The notes beneath the pieces are model-generated. The model was not told the DNA's origin. It saw only the letters and a program-made list of their open reading frames with translations, and made no database searches. A DNA stretch of 64,000 bases from Macrostomum hystrix (lineage: Eukaryota; Animalia; Platyhelminthes): positions 62,001-126,000 of the forward strand of contig CATNEN010000007.1 of the NCBI GenBank assembly GCA_950097015.1, written 5' to 3'. This document shows positions 37,460 through 49,538 of the stretch, one piece after another (position 1 is the first letter of the stretch; every line of letters begins with the position of its first letter). Both the position numbers and the translations under genes were made by a program.

Positions 37460-40400
37460 ACCCAAATCTGACACACCAACTTAAACACCCAACTCTGACC
37501 CATCCTACTCAAACACCCAATCTGACCCATCCTACTCAAACACCCAATCTGACCCATCCTACTCAAACACCCAACTCTGACCTATCCTACTCAAACACCC
37601 AATCTGACCCATCCTACTCAAAAACCCAATCTGACCCACCCAACTCTGACCTATCCTACTCAAACACCCAATCTGACCTATTCTACTCAAACAACCAACT
37701 CTGATCTATCCTACTCAAACACCCAATCTGACCTATTCTACTCAAACACCCAATCTGACCTATCCTACTCAAACACCCAATCTGACCTATCCTACTCAAA
37801 CACCCAACTCTGACCTATTCTACTCAAACACCCAATCTGACCTATTCTACTCAAACAACCAACTCTGATCTATCCTACTCAAACACCCAATCTGACCTAT
37901 CCTACTCAAACACCCAATCTGACCTATTCTACTCAAACAACCAACTCTGATCTATCCTACTCAAACACCCAATCTGACCTATTCTACTCAAACACCCAAT
38001 CTGACCTATCCTACTCAAACACCCAATCTGACCTATCCTACTCAAACACCCAACTCTGACCTATCCTACTCAAACACCCAATCTGACCCATCCTACTCAA
38101 AAACCCAATCTGACCCACCCAACTCTGACCTATCCTACTCAAACACCCAATCTGACCTATTCTACTCAAACAACCAACTCTGATCTATCCTACTCAAACA
38201 CCCAATCTGACCTATTCTACTCAAACACCCAATCTGACCTATCCTACTCAAACACCCAATCTGACCTATCCTACTCAAACACCCAATCTGACCTATCCTA
38301 CTCAAACACCCAATCTGACCCATCCTACTCAAACACCCAATCTGACCTATCCTACTCAAACACCCAACTCTGATCTATCCTATTCAAACACCCAACTCTG
38401 ACCTATTCTACTCAAACACCCAATCTGACCTATCCTACTCAAACACCCAACTCTGACCCATCCTACTCAAACACCCAACTCTGATCTATCCTACTCAAAC
38501 ACCCAACTCTGACCCATCCTACTCAAACACCCAATCTGACCTATCCTACTCAAACACCCAATCTGACCTATCCTACTCAAACACCCAATCTGACCCATCC
38601 TACTCAAACACCCAACTCTGACCCATCCTACTCAAACACCCAATCTGACCCATCCTACTCAAAAACCCAATCTGACCCACCCAACTCTGACCTATTCTAC
38701 TCAAACACCCAATCTGACCTATTCTACTCAAACACCCAACTCTGATCTATCCTACTCAAACACCCAACTCTGACCCATCCTACTCAAACACCCAATCTGA
38801 CCTATTCTACTCAAACACCCAACTCTGATCTATCCTATTCAAACACCCAACTCTGACCCATCCTACTCAAACACCCAATCTGACCCACCCAACTCAAACA
38901 CCCAATCTGACCCACCCAACTCAAACACCCAATCTGACCCACCCAACTCAAACACCCAACTCTGACCTATTCTACTCAAACACCCAATCTGACCTATTCT
39001 ACTCAAACACCCAACTCTGACCTATTCTACTCAAACACCAAATCTGACCTATTCTACTCAAACACCCAACTCTGACCTATTCTACTCAAACACCCAACTC
39101 TGACCTATCCTACTCAAACACCCAATCTGACCCATCCTACTCAAACACCCAATCTGACCCATCCTACTCAAACACCCAATCTGACCCATCCTACTCAAAA
39201 ACCCAATCTGACCCACCCAACTCTGACCTATCCTACTCAAACACCCAATCTGACCTATTCTACTCAAACACCCAACTCTGATCTATCCTACTCAAACACC
39301 CAATCTGACCTATTCTACTCAAACACCCAACTCTGATCTATCCTATTCAAACACCCAATCTGACCTATCCTACTCAAACACCCAATCTGACCTATTCTAC
39401 TCAAACACCCAATCTGACCTATCCTACTCAAACACCCAACTCTGACCTATTCTACTCAAACACCCAATCTGACCTATTCTACTCAAACACCCAACTCTGA
39501 CCTATTCTACTCAAACACCCAATCTGACCCATCCTACTCAAACACCCAATCTGACCTATTCTACTCAAACACCCAATCTGACCCATCCTACTCAAACACC
39601 CAACTCTGACCTATTCTACTCAAACACCCAATCTGACCCATCCTACTCAAACACCCAATCTGACCTATTCTACTCAAACACCCAATCTGACCTATCCTAC
39701 TCAAACACCCAACTCTGACCTATTCTACTCAAACACCCAATCTGACCTATTCTACTCAAACACCCAACTCTGACCTATTCTACTCAAACACCCAATCTGA
39801 CCCATCCTACTCAAACACCCAATCTGACCCATCCTACTCAAACACCCAATCTGACCTATTCTACTCAAACACCCAATCTGACCCATCCTACTCAAACACC
39901 CAACTCTGACCTATTCTACTCAAACACCCAATCTGACCCATCCTACTCAAACACCCAATCTGACCCATCCTACTCAAACACCCAATCTGACCCATCCTAC
40001 TCAAAAACCCAATCTGACCCACCCAACTCTGACCTATTCTACTCAAACACCCAATCTGACCTATTCTACTCAAACACCCAACTCTGATCTATCCTATTCA
40101 AACACCCAATCTGACCTATCCTACTCAAACACCCAATCTGACCTATTCTACTCAAACACCCAATCTGACCTATCCTACTCAAACACCCAACTCTGACCTA
40201 TTCTACTCAAACACCCAATCTGACCTATCCTACTCAAACACCCAACTCTGACCTATTCTACTCAAACACCCAATCTGACCTATCCTACTCAAACACCCAA
40301 TCTGACCTATCCTACTCAAACACCCAATCTGACCTATTCTACTCAAACACCCAACTCTGACCCATCCTACTCAAACAGCCAATCTGACCTATTCTACTCA

Positions 40401-40820
40401 AACACCCAACTCTGACCCATCCTACTCAAACAGCCAATCTGACCTATTCTACTCAAACACCCAACTCTGACCTATTCTACTCAAACACCCAACTCTGACC
40501 CATCCTACTCAAACAGCCAATCTGACCTATTCTACTCAAACACCCAACTCTGATCTATCCTATTCAAACACCCAACTCTGACCCATCCTACTCAAACACC
40601 CAATCTGACCCATCCTATTCAAACACCCAACTCTGACCTATCCTACTCAAACACCCAATCTGACCCACCCAACTCAAACACCCAATCTGACCTATTCTAC
40701 TCAAACACCTAATCTGACCTATCCTACTCAAACACCCAATCTGACCCATCCTACTCAAACACCCAATCTGACCTATCCTACTCAAACACCCAATCTGACC
40801 CACCCAACTCAAACACCAAG
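37460..40820. repeat. 27/28-bp intergenic minisatellite (TCCTACTCAAACACCCAATCTGACCTA), ~3.3 kb, between the convergent ANOS1 and ISCU genes
   Basis: Direct tandem periodicity with block duplications. Confidence 0.95.
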
Positions 40821-41281
40821 TTGACCATACGTCAGTAGGAGTAAATGAATCTTCAGTGTTAGTAAGCAAGCAGAAAGAACAACTGAAACAGTTTTTTAGT
40901 TAAACTTATACAGAAGAACAAAGTTCTCGTACGGGTACGTACTAAACTAAAACTGTACCGTTTTCGAATTCAGTATATTTCAAAATTAAAATCGATAACG
41001 TACAGCAGAATTCTATGTCTACAGCTGGCAGTTTAACTAAACAAATCAGGACATTGAAACACAGTCGTCCCGATCAATGCTGAATAAATAGGTTCAATAG
41101 GATCTTGGAGGAAAGTATGAATTGGTAAAAAACGGAAGATGACAATTTTAAAATGTGATGACAGTTGAAATGAAAACAAATGAAAGCGTTATGATTGCGG
41201 TGCAAACACAGTGAGTGAATAGCCGCATCAACAGAACTGCCTAGCTTCTGCGTAAGAAGTTTATGTCAGGGTCAGTTATGT

Positions 41282-42381
41282 TCACTTCTCAGCCTCGTCA
41301 GCGTTCTTCACCTTGTAGTCGTTTAGGGCCGCCTTGATTGCGTCCTCGGCCAGCACTGGAAGGCGGCGAATGGTGTGACTATGAGACTGCTGGCTGCTAC
41401 GGAATAGTGGGTTGGGTCAGAATGGGATGGGTCAGGGTGGGGTGGGTCAGGGTTGGTTAGTTTTGGGTTAGATCGGGGTAGGTCAGAATAGGTCAGGTTG
41501 GCCAGGATAGGTCAGAGTGGGTCAGAAGGTCAGGGTGGGTCAGGGTAGGTCAGGGTGGGTCAAGGTGGGTTAGGGTGGGTCAGGATAGATCAGGGTGGGT
41601 CAGGGTGGGTCAAGGTGGGTTAGGGTGGGTAAGGGTAGGTCAGTCTGGGTCAGGGTGGGTCAGGTAAGGATAGGTCAGGGTGGGACAGGGTGGGACAGAG
41701 TGGGACAGGGTGGGTCAGGGTGGGTCAGGGTGGGTCAGGTAAGGATAGGTCAAGGTAGGTGAGGATAGGTCAGGGTAGGTCAGGATAGGTCAGGGTGGGA
41801 CAGGGTGGGACAGAGTGGGACAGGGTGGGTCAGGGTGGGTCAGGCTGGGTCAGGTAAGGATAGGTCAAGGTAGGTAAGGATAGATCAAGGTAGGTGAGGA
41901 TAGGTCAGGGTAGGTCAGGATAGGTCAGGGTGGGACAGGGTGGGTCATGGTGGGTCAGGCCGCATAGCTCCCAGTACTCACTGGAGCAGTGCAGTTTAAC
42001 AGGCGGCAGGCGCAGCTCCTTGGCGATGTCGGAGTTGCGAATTCCGGCGGCCTCGTCAACAGACTTGCCCTTGACCCACTCGGTGGCCAGGCTGCTGCTG
42101 GCGATGGCGGAGCCGCAGCCGAAAGTCTTGAACTTGGCGTCAACAATCTTGCCGTTCTCGTCCACTTCAATCTGCAGCTTCATGACATCGCCGCAGGCGG
42201 GCGCGCCGACCAGGCCGGTGCCAACCCGCTTGCTGGCCTTGTCCAGGGAGCCGACATTGCGCGGATTCTCGTAGTGATCCAGCACGTTCTTGTGGTAGGC
42301 AGCGGCCGACTGGGCGATGCGCAGCTGCTTGACTGCGGCGGCGCGACCAGGCGACAGGGCGCGGAAGAGAGCGCTGGACAT
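41282..42381 (-). CDS. ISCU: Mitochondrial Fe-S cluster scaffold IscU, 2 exons: 42381-41982, 41355-41282; 157 aa
   Basis: Arg/Ala-rich transit-like N-terminus, then YHKNVLDHYENPRNVGSLD...VGTGLVGAPACGDVMKLQIEVD...FKTFGCGSAIASSSLATEWVKGK...LPPVKLHCS|MLAEDAIKAALNDY. All three Cys and the LPPVK motif are present; GT-AG intron. Confidence 0.97.
41410..41958. repeat. G-rich ~10-bp degenerate repeat (GGTCAGGGTG / AGGATAGGTC) in the ISCU intron
   Basis: Seen directly. Confidence 0.9.
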
Positions 42382-42519
42382 TGTAGACAGCGGCTTTGGT
42401 TGCTTCTCTTCGAAAGTAGTTCGCTTTTTAAATATTGGCAGGCTTTTTAGAAAAGCAGTGCGCTGCAAGGATTGGGTGGCCAATCTATCAACTCAGATGG
42501 CAGCATTCGGCATTGGTGT

Positions 42520-43630
42520 GGGGTTCTAAGATATGGGGTGTGGGATTCTAGAATATGGGGTGTGGGATTCTAGAATATGGGGTGTGGGATTTTAAGATAT
42601 CGGGTGTGGGACTCTAGAATATGGGGTGTGAGATTCTAAACATAGGGTGTGGGATTTTAAGATATGGGGAGTGGGATTCTAAAATATGGGGTGTGGGATT
42701 ATGTAGTATCTGGAGTGGGTTTTTGTAATATGGGTGTGGGTTTCTGAAATATGGGTGTGGGTTTCTGTAATATGGGTGTGGGTTTCTGTAATATGGGGTG
42801 TGGGTTTCTTTAATATGGGTGTGGGTTTCTGAAATATGAGTGTGGGTTTCTGTAATATGGGTTTGGGTTTCTGTAATATGGGTGTGGGTTTCTTTAATAT
42901 GGGTGTGGCTTTCTGAAATATGGGTGTGGGTTTCTGAAATATGGGTGTGGGTTTCTTTAATATGGGTGTGGGTTTCTGAAATATGGTGTGGGTTTCTGTA
43001 ATATGGGTGTTGGTTTCTGTAATATGGGGTGTGGGTTTCTGTAATATGGGTGTGGGTTTCTGAAATATGGGTGTGGGTTTCTGTAATATGGGTGTGGGTT
43101 TCTGTAATATGGGGTGTGGGTTTCTGTAATATGGGTGTGGGTTTCTGAAATATGGGTGTGGGTTTCTGTAATATGGGTGTGGGTTTCTGAAATATGGGTG
43201 TGGGCTTCTGTAATATGGGTGTGGGTTTATGTGATATGGGTGTGGGTTTCTTTAATATGGGTGTGGGTTTCTGAAATATGGTGTGGGTTTCTGTAATATG
43301 GGTGTGGGTTTCTGTAATATGGGGTGTGGTTTTCTGTAATATGGGTGTGGGTTTCTGAAATATGGGTGTGGGTTTCTGTAATATGGGTGTGGGTTTCTGA
43401 AATATGGGTGTGGGCTTCTGTAATATGGGTGTGGGTTTATGTGATATGGGTGTGGGTTTCTGTAATATGGGTGTGGGTTTCTGTAATATGGGTGTGGGTT
43501 TCTGAAATATGGGTGTGGTTTTCTGTAATATGGGTGTGGGTTTCTGTAATATGGGGTGTGGGTTTCTGTAATATGGGTGTGGGTTTCTGTAATATGGGGT
43601 GTGGGTTTCTGAAATATGGGGTGTGGGATT
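42520..43630. repeat. 21-bp minisatellite (GGGTGTGGGTTTCTGTAATAT) just upstream of ISCU
   Basis: Direct tandem periodicity. Confidence 0.95.
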
Positions 43631-44007
43631 AGTCGTTTTGGAATTCGTGGTGACGGGTTGGCCTAAAAATAACGGACGTTTAAGTAAAAACATTTCAATA
43701 TTATTATTTTAGTTTTTTAACTTAATTGTCTTGACAAAATGCACGAAAAATATGAAGAAAATCGAAAGAAAATGTAAATTAGACACTACAATATTTATCC
43801 AACACCGCGTCTAATCGTTCTGAAATACAGGTGAAATAATTTACAAAAACTGAAGCTATTAACTACTGTTAATAAGCGGTGCAATCGTAGGTGGCAAAAT
43901 TTTATGTTCAGTCAATTTATGCGAGATAAATGCTCAATGCAGATTTTACAGATATGATGTTTGAATAAATACTTTAACACTAAATACTTGTTTACGCAAT
44001 CGAAATT

Positions 44008-44455
44008 GTGTCAATCTAAACAGCCATTCACACAATCTAAACAGCCATTCACACAATGCAAACAGCCATTCACACAATCTAAACAGCCATTCACACAATC
44101 TAAACAGCCATTCACACAATCTAAACAGCCATTCACACAATCTAAACAGCCAATCACACAATGCAAACAGCCATTCACACAATCTAAACAGCCATTCACA
44201 CAATCTAAACAGCCATTCACACAATCTAAACAGCCATTCACACAATCTAAACAGCCATTCACACAATCTAAACAGCCATTCACACAATCTAAACAGCCAT
44301 TCATGCAATCTAAACAGCCATTCACACAGTCCAAACAGACATTCACACAGTCCAAACAGCCATTCACACAGTCCAAACAGCCATTCACACAGTCCAAACA
44401 GCCATTCACACAGTCCAAACAGACATTCACACAGTCCAAACAGCCATTAACACAA
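44008..44455. repeat. 21-bp minisatellite (AAACAGCCATTCACACAATCT) immediately 3' of the KLHL stop
   Basis: Direct tandem periodicity. Confidence 0.95.
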
Positions 44456-44463
44456 TGCATCCC

Positions 44464-47400
44464 CTAGTCCTCGAACGGCATCAGGTAGGGCGGCACCTTG
44501 AGCAGGCAGGCGCAGACGCCAGTAGTGCTGTGACCGAAGGATCCAACAGTTTCCCATTGGTGCGTATCCAGATCCAGCCTGGACACCAGCCTCTGGCCAG
44601 TCTTGGTGTGAACATTGAAGCCGCCCAGGACGTAGATGTGCCGATCGAGAGTAACTGCGCAGGCCTCCTTATGCGAGGCTGGCATGGCGGACACGATGGT
44701 CCACTGGTCCGTCTCCGTGTTGTACTGCTCGCATTGCAGCACTGGCAGAGCATTGCTGCCAGCATTCAAAGAGCAGCCGCCGCATGCGTACAGCAGGCCG
44801 CCGGCTTCCACCAAGCAGTGCCAGCCGCGGGCGGTGTGCATGGGAGCGCATTCCTCCCAGAACTGGCTGCCTGGCCGCAGTTTCTGCACGTCCGGGTAGA
44901 AATTCTCGTTGGCGTAGCCGCCAGAGATGTACATCTGGCAGTGTGCGGAGCAGCAAAGAGAAGGTGATATGACTCAGGATGCTCAGTGCTACCTTCCAAA
45001 ACTTCAGGATGCTCAGTGCTACCTTCCAAAACTTCAGGATGCTTAGTGCTACCCTCGAAAACTTCAGGATGCTGAGTGCTACCCTCCAAACTTCAGGATG
45101 CTGAGTGCTACCCTCCAAACTTCAGGATGCTGAGTGCTACCCTCCAAACTTCAGGATGATGAGTGCTACCTTCCAAAACTTCAGGATGCTTGGTGCTACC
45201 CTCCAAACCTTCTGGATGCTGAGTGCTACCCTCCAAACTTTAGGATGCTGAGTGCTACCCTCCAAACTTCAGGATGCTTAGTGCTACCCTCGAAAACGTC
45301 AGGATGCTGAGTGCTACCTTCCAAAACTTCAGGATGCTCAGTGCTACAATCCAAACTTCAGGATGATGAGTGCTACCTTTCAAAACTTCAAGATGCTGAG
45401 TGCTACCTTCCAAAACTTCAGGATGCTGAGTGCTACCTTCCAAAACTTCAAGATGCTGAGTGCTACCTTCCAAAACTTCAAGATGCTGAGTGCTACCTTC
45501 CAAAACTTCAGGATGCTGAGTGCTACCTTCCAAAACTTCAAGATGCTCAGTGCTACAATCCAAACTTCAGGATGCTGAGTGCTACCTTCCAAAACTTCAG
45601 GATGCTCAGTGCTACAATCCAAAAACTTCAGTACAACTCACAGTGTCCTTGTGCACAGCGCCGGCATGCGAGTAGAAAGCCTGGCCCAGCGGCGGGCCCG
45701 CAGTCCAGCAGTTGGCCTCCGGGTCGTACAGCTCGCACTGCTGAAGTGCGCCCTCTTTGCGACGACCGCCGACGGCCAGAATGCGAGGCCGACGATTGAT
45801 AAAAACAACGCCGGCGGCGAAGTAGGCCCTGCGCTGCTGCATGGGGGCGCACTGGTACCAGGCGTTGAAGCGCAGATCGTAGCGACTCACGGCGTTGACG
45901 GCCGATTCGGCGTGGCCGCACTGGGTGACGCAGCCGCCCAGGACGTAGAGAAAATTGTTCAATACAACGCATTGCGCGTGACTAACCGGCGTTGGCAGCG
46001 AAGCCAACGGCTGGCGACGTACAGCGGCTGTTGAAGAGCTAGCAGAAGAAGTCGATGTTGAATTAGAAGAAGTAGGCGGTAGTAACAGGGCCGAGCAGTC
46101 CTCGGCAAGGCCGGGCGTCGGTTGCAGATCTCTGCCGCCGACGCATACAATGCGCTCTCGGTAACAGCGCAGCCACATGTCTGGCGGCGTAGCCAGCGGC
46201 TGACAGTGCGGCACCACGTGATAATTGAGCGCCTGCGCGATTATTCAGTGAAATGTACTTTTATTAACTATTGTACTTTTACTAACTAATGTACTTTTAA
46301 TAGTGAGAGTCGCGGAGAGAAGGCTTGGACATTTATCGTACAATTTACGCCCTTTAGAGCTAACACCCAAGGCACTGTGAGAGTGTACACTGCCTGACGA
46401 TGAGAAAGTCAGGGCGGATGTACACACATGTGTGAGTGTGTGCTCAGGAGTCAGCGGAATGGGCACAATCACAAAATGTGCCTTGAAACTCAAGCGGCCA
46501 ATTCGGTAGGATTAGGAAGGAATATTCATCCGTCTCAGAAATCTAAATTGATAATTTTGATTGGTATAAAATAGGTCGGATAATTAATAAATCTAAAAAA
46601 CTTTTCAAAATTCAAATCGATTTTTTTGGCTGAAGTCGAAGAAACCTCATGAAACGGATGGGTGGCCTGTTCTATTTTTAGCACAAAGCGGAAAGCCTCA
46701 CAGAGTCAAACTTTTTTCAGCCAATGAGCGCTCGTGACCTTCAAACACGCGCAGCTTGCGTGCTCGCAATGATTTTATAAAGACACGCCAAGAAGGCGTG
46801 ATGCTAACTAAAATACGAACACTAAAAAACAAACCTGCAGCAACAGTCCGTGCAATCTAGTATTAGCCATAACAGCCGGAGCCAATTGCACTTTAGCGAC
46901 CAAATCCGACGGAGCAATCAGATTGTAGCGTATTTCAGTTAGCAACTGTTCCAGGCACTGCTGCTGCTCATCTCTGGCTTCTAGCCACAATTGGACAGCT
47001 CGAAATAGGTCGATTTCTCTCAGCTGACAATGAGGCGAGCGCAGGCAGGCTAGCATGTGATCCAGGCTCAGTTGGCTAAGAGCTGGTCCATCAGCAATGG
47101 ACAGCAGGTTGGCCGCGATAAATCTGTCAATCTGAGCGAGCACGCCGGACATGTTGTAAAGTCGGGCTGTGACAATGAAATCTGCGAAATTTTCCGGCGT
47201 CATTCCGCGCAGAAAGTTGCGCTCGCAGAATTCTAGAACTGGCATCACCTGGCAGTGTGTGATGACAGTTAAGAGAAGTGAGCCAGTGATTTTGTGAGGA
47301 TCTACACAAAGAAAACTCACCTGCAGGTGCGTTGCGGCAGCCAGAATGTCGAACACATCGTCGCCCTCAATGCTGGTACTCGACGTGTAGATTATGTCCA

Positions 47401-47863
47401 GCACCTGAAAGGAAATACGGTGTAGGAGCATTAAGACAGACAGACAGACAGACAGACAGAACAGACAAACCTTCTCGAGTCCCCTAGCCGAGACGCCCTT
47501 GAGTTCGATCTCTCTCTGGCTGCACTCCTTCATGCCGGAAGTGAACATGCTCCGGAAGTAATCGGAGCAGGACACCAGGATGACTTTGTGCACATCGAAT
47601 CGCTGACCGTCGGCCAGCAGGGTGACGTCAGTCAGGACGGATTTAGCCCGAAGCTGGCAGAGGCCCTGCAGCACCATCACAGCGTGGGCGGGATCCGGGC
47701 CTTGACCGGGTTGGAAAGCTGAGCCAGCAGACAAGGTCGCAGCTGCAGCAGGTGACACGGTGGCCAGTGAAAGCTCTGGCGAGGCGGCCGCCGCGGCTGC
47801 GTGCTGCTCCGCAGAGGTGCCGCGGTTTCCGACGACAAAATCCCAAGCGGCAGAAGCGGACAT
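44464..47863 (-). CDS. Kelch-like BTB-BACK-Kelch protein, KLHL26-like (KLHL9/13/26 group), 5 exons: 47863-47471, 47404-47321, 47248-46835, 46232-45642, 44934-44464; ~650 aa
   Basis: BTB ([41 protein letters not shown]), BACK ([12 protein letters not shown]...IRYNLI) and Kelch repeats (NFLYVLGG...[24 protein letters not shown]). All phase-0 GT-AG joins. Exact paralogue not certain. Confidence 0.92.
44970..45630. repeat. 29/30-bp minisatellite (CAGGATGCTGAGTGCTACCTTCCAAAACTT) filling KLHL intron 4
   Basis: Direct tandem periodicity. Confidence 0.95.
46311..46470 (+). mobile_element. 5'-truncated SINE family A copy in KLHL intron 3 (antisense to the gene)
   Basis: GCGGAGAGAAGGCTTGG...GTGTACACTGCCTGACGATGAGAAAGTCAGGGCGGATGTACAC...GTGTGCTCAGGAGTCAGCGGAATGGGCA matches the other copies. 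Confidence 0.85.
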
Positions 47864-47994
47864 TGCGGCTTCTTTTCTCTAATGACACAATGAGTACAGC
47901 TATGAGCTGAGCTGAAAGTATGAGTCGGTACGCGATGTTAAATTATTGAGTCACAAGAAGCTAAAATGAACTAGATCGATTAAGATAATACCTA

Positions 47995-48400
47995 GCCCAG
48001 TCTGACAGATTGGAGTGAAAGATACAAATGATGAGTGACAGACTGGAGTGAAAGATACAAATGATGAGTGACAGACTGGAGTGAAAGATACAATGATGAG
48101 TGACAGACTGGAGTGAAAGATACAAATGATGAGTGACAGACTGGAGTGAAAGATACAAATGATCAGTGACAGACTGGAGTGAAAGAAACATACCAGAATC
48201 ACAGACTGGAGTGAAAGAAACATACCAGAATCACAGACTGGAGTGAAAGAAACATACCAGAATCACAGACTGGAGTGAAAGAAACATACCAGAATCACAG
48301 ACTGGAGTGAAAGATACAATGATGAGTAACAGACTGAAGTGAAAGAGACATAGGTGAGTGACAGACTGGAGTGAAAGATACAATGATGAGTGACAGACAG
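47995..48400. repeat. 33-bp minisatellite (GAGTGACAGACTGGAGTGAAAGATACAAATGAT)
   Basis: Direct tandem periodicity. Confidence 0.9.
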
Positions 48401-48864
48401 ATAAGAGAAAGATAAGAGTTGTGATCCAAAATTTCTAGGAAATCGATATGTAACTGGCAGATATAGACATACACTAATCGATTTGACAAAATGACTAAAC
48501 ATATTAACCCGTATCTTTGCAAACGCACATATGAATACAAATAAAGTAAGGTTCAAATACTGGATTTTTTCCACGCACACTTGGTACATTAAATAAAAAA
48601 GTGCATAGACAAACCGGAGACACTTGACTTTAATTTAGTCACCAATCAAGGGAAAACACAAGCTTGTCAAGTTTGACACTGCAGATGATGTAGCAAAAAC
48701 ATTTTAATCATATTACATACTACTATAAGTAGGAATATACACAAATGAAACGTGCATAAAACTAAAAACATGAGTGTATCAGCAAGTACTTAATTTCTTA
48801 TGGGCCAATGGCTGTCTGTTAGATTTTAGGCCGAAAAAACTGATCAAGTATCCTGGTAAACTGA

Positions 48865-49350
48865 ATGATTTAAACACACTTTAAACAAACCTAAACACAC
48901 TAGATAAACAGGCTTAAACACACTCGGTAAACAGGCTTAAACACACTAGATAAACAGGCCTAAACACACTAGATAAACTGATATAAACACACTCGATAAA
49001 GCGATGTAAACACACTCGATAAACAGGCTTAAACACACTCGGTAAACAGGCCTAAACACACTCGGTAAACAGGCCTAAACACACTAGATAAACATATCTA
49101 AACACACTCGATAAAGCGATGTAAACACACTCGATAAACAGGCCTAAACACACTAGATAAACAGGCCTAAACACACTCGATAAACAGGCTTAAACACACT
49201 CGGTAAACAGGCTTAAACACACTCGGTAAACAGGCCTAAACACACTAGATAAACAGATCTAAACACACTCGATAAAGCGATGTAAACACACTCGATAAAC
49301 AGGCCTAAACACACTCGATAAACAGGTTTAAACACACTCGATAAAAAAAA
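48865..49350. repeat. ~23-bp minisatellite (TAAACACACTCGGTAAACAGGCT)
   Basis: Direct tandem periodicity. Confidence 0.9.
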
Positions 49351-49538
49351 ACTAAATACACTCAATAAATAGACCTAAAGATTATTACTAGACCACACTA
49401 AAGAAACATAATGACAGGTTCAATTAGACCTAAAAACTCATTTAAAAAATTCATTTCACGGACAAGATAGCGAATGTATTAATTAAACGCAGAGGGACTA
49501 GGTGTAAATACAAAAATCACTTCAATCACACAAACAAT

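Noticed and set aside
41905-42483. IscU as a bacterial horizontal transfer, or the 192-aa ORF as given
   Set aside because: It has a spliceosomal intron and a transit-peptide-like N-terminus. The true start is the ATG at 42381, and the ORF tail is intron read-through.
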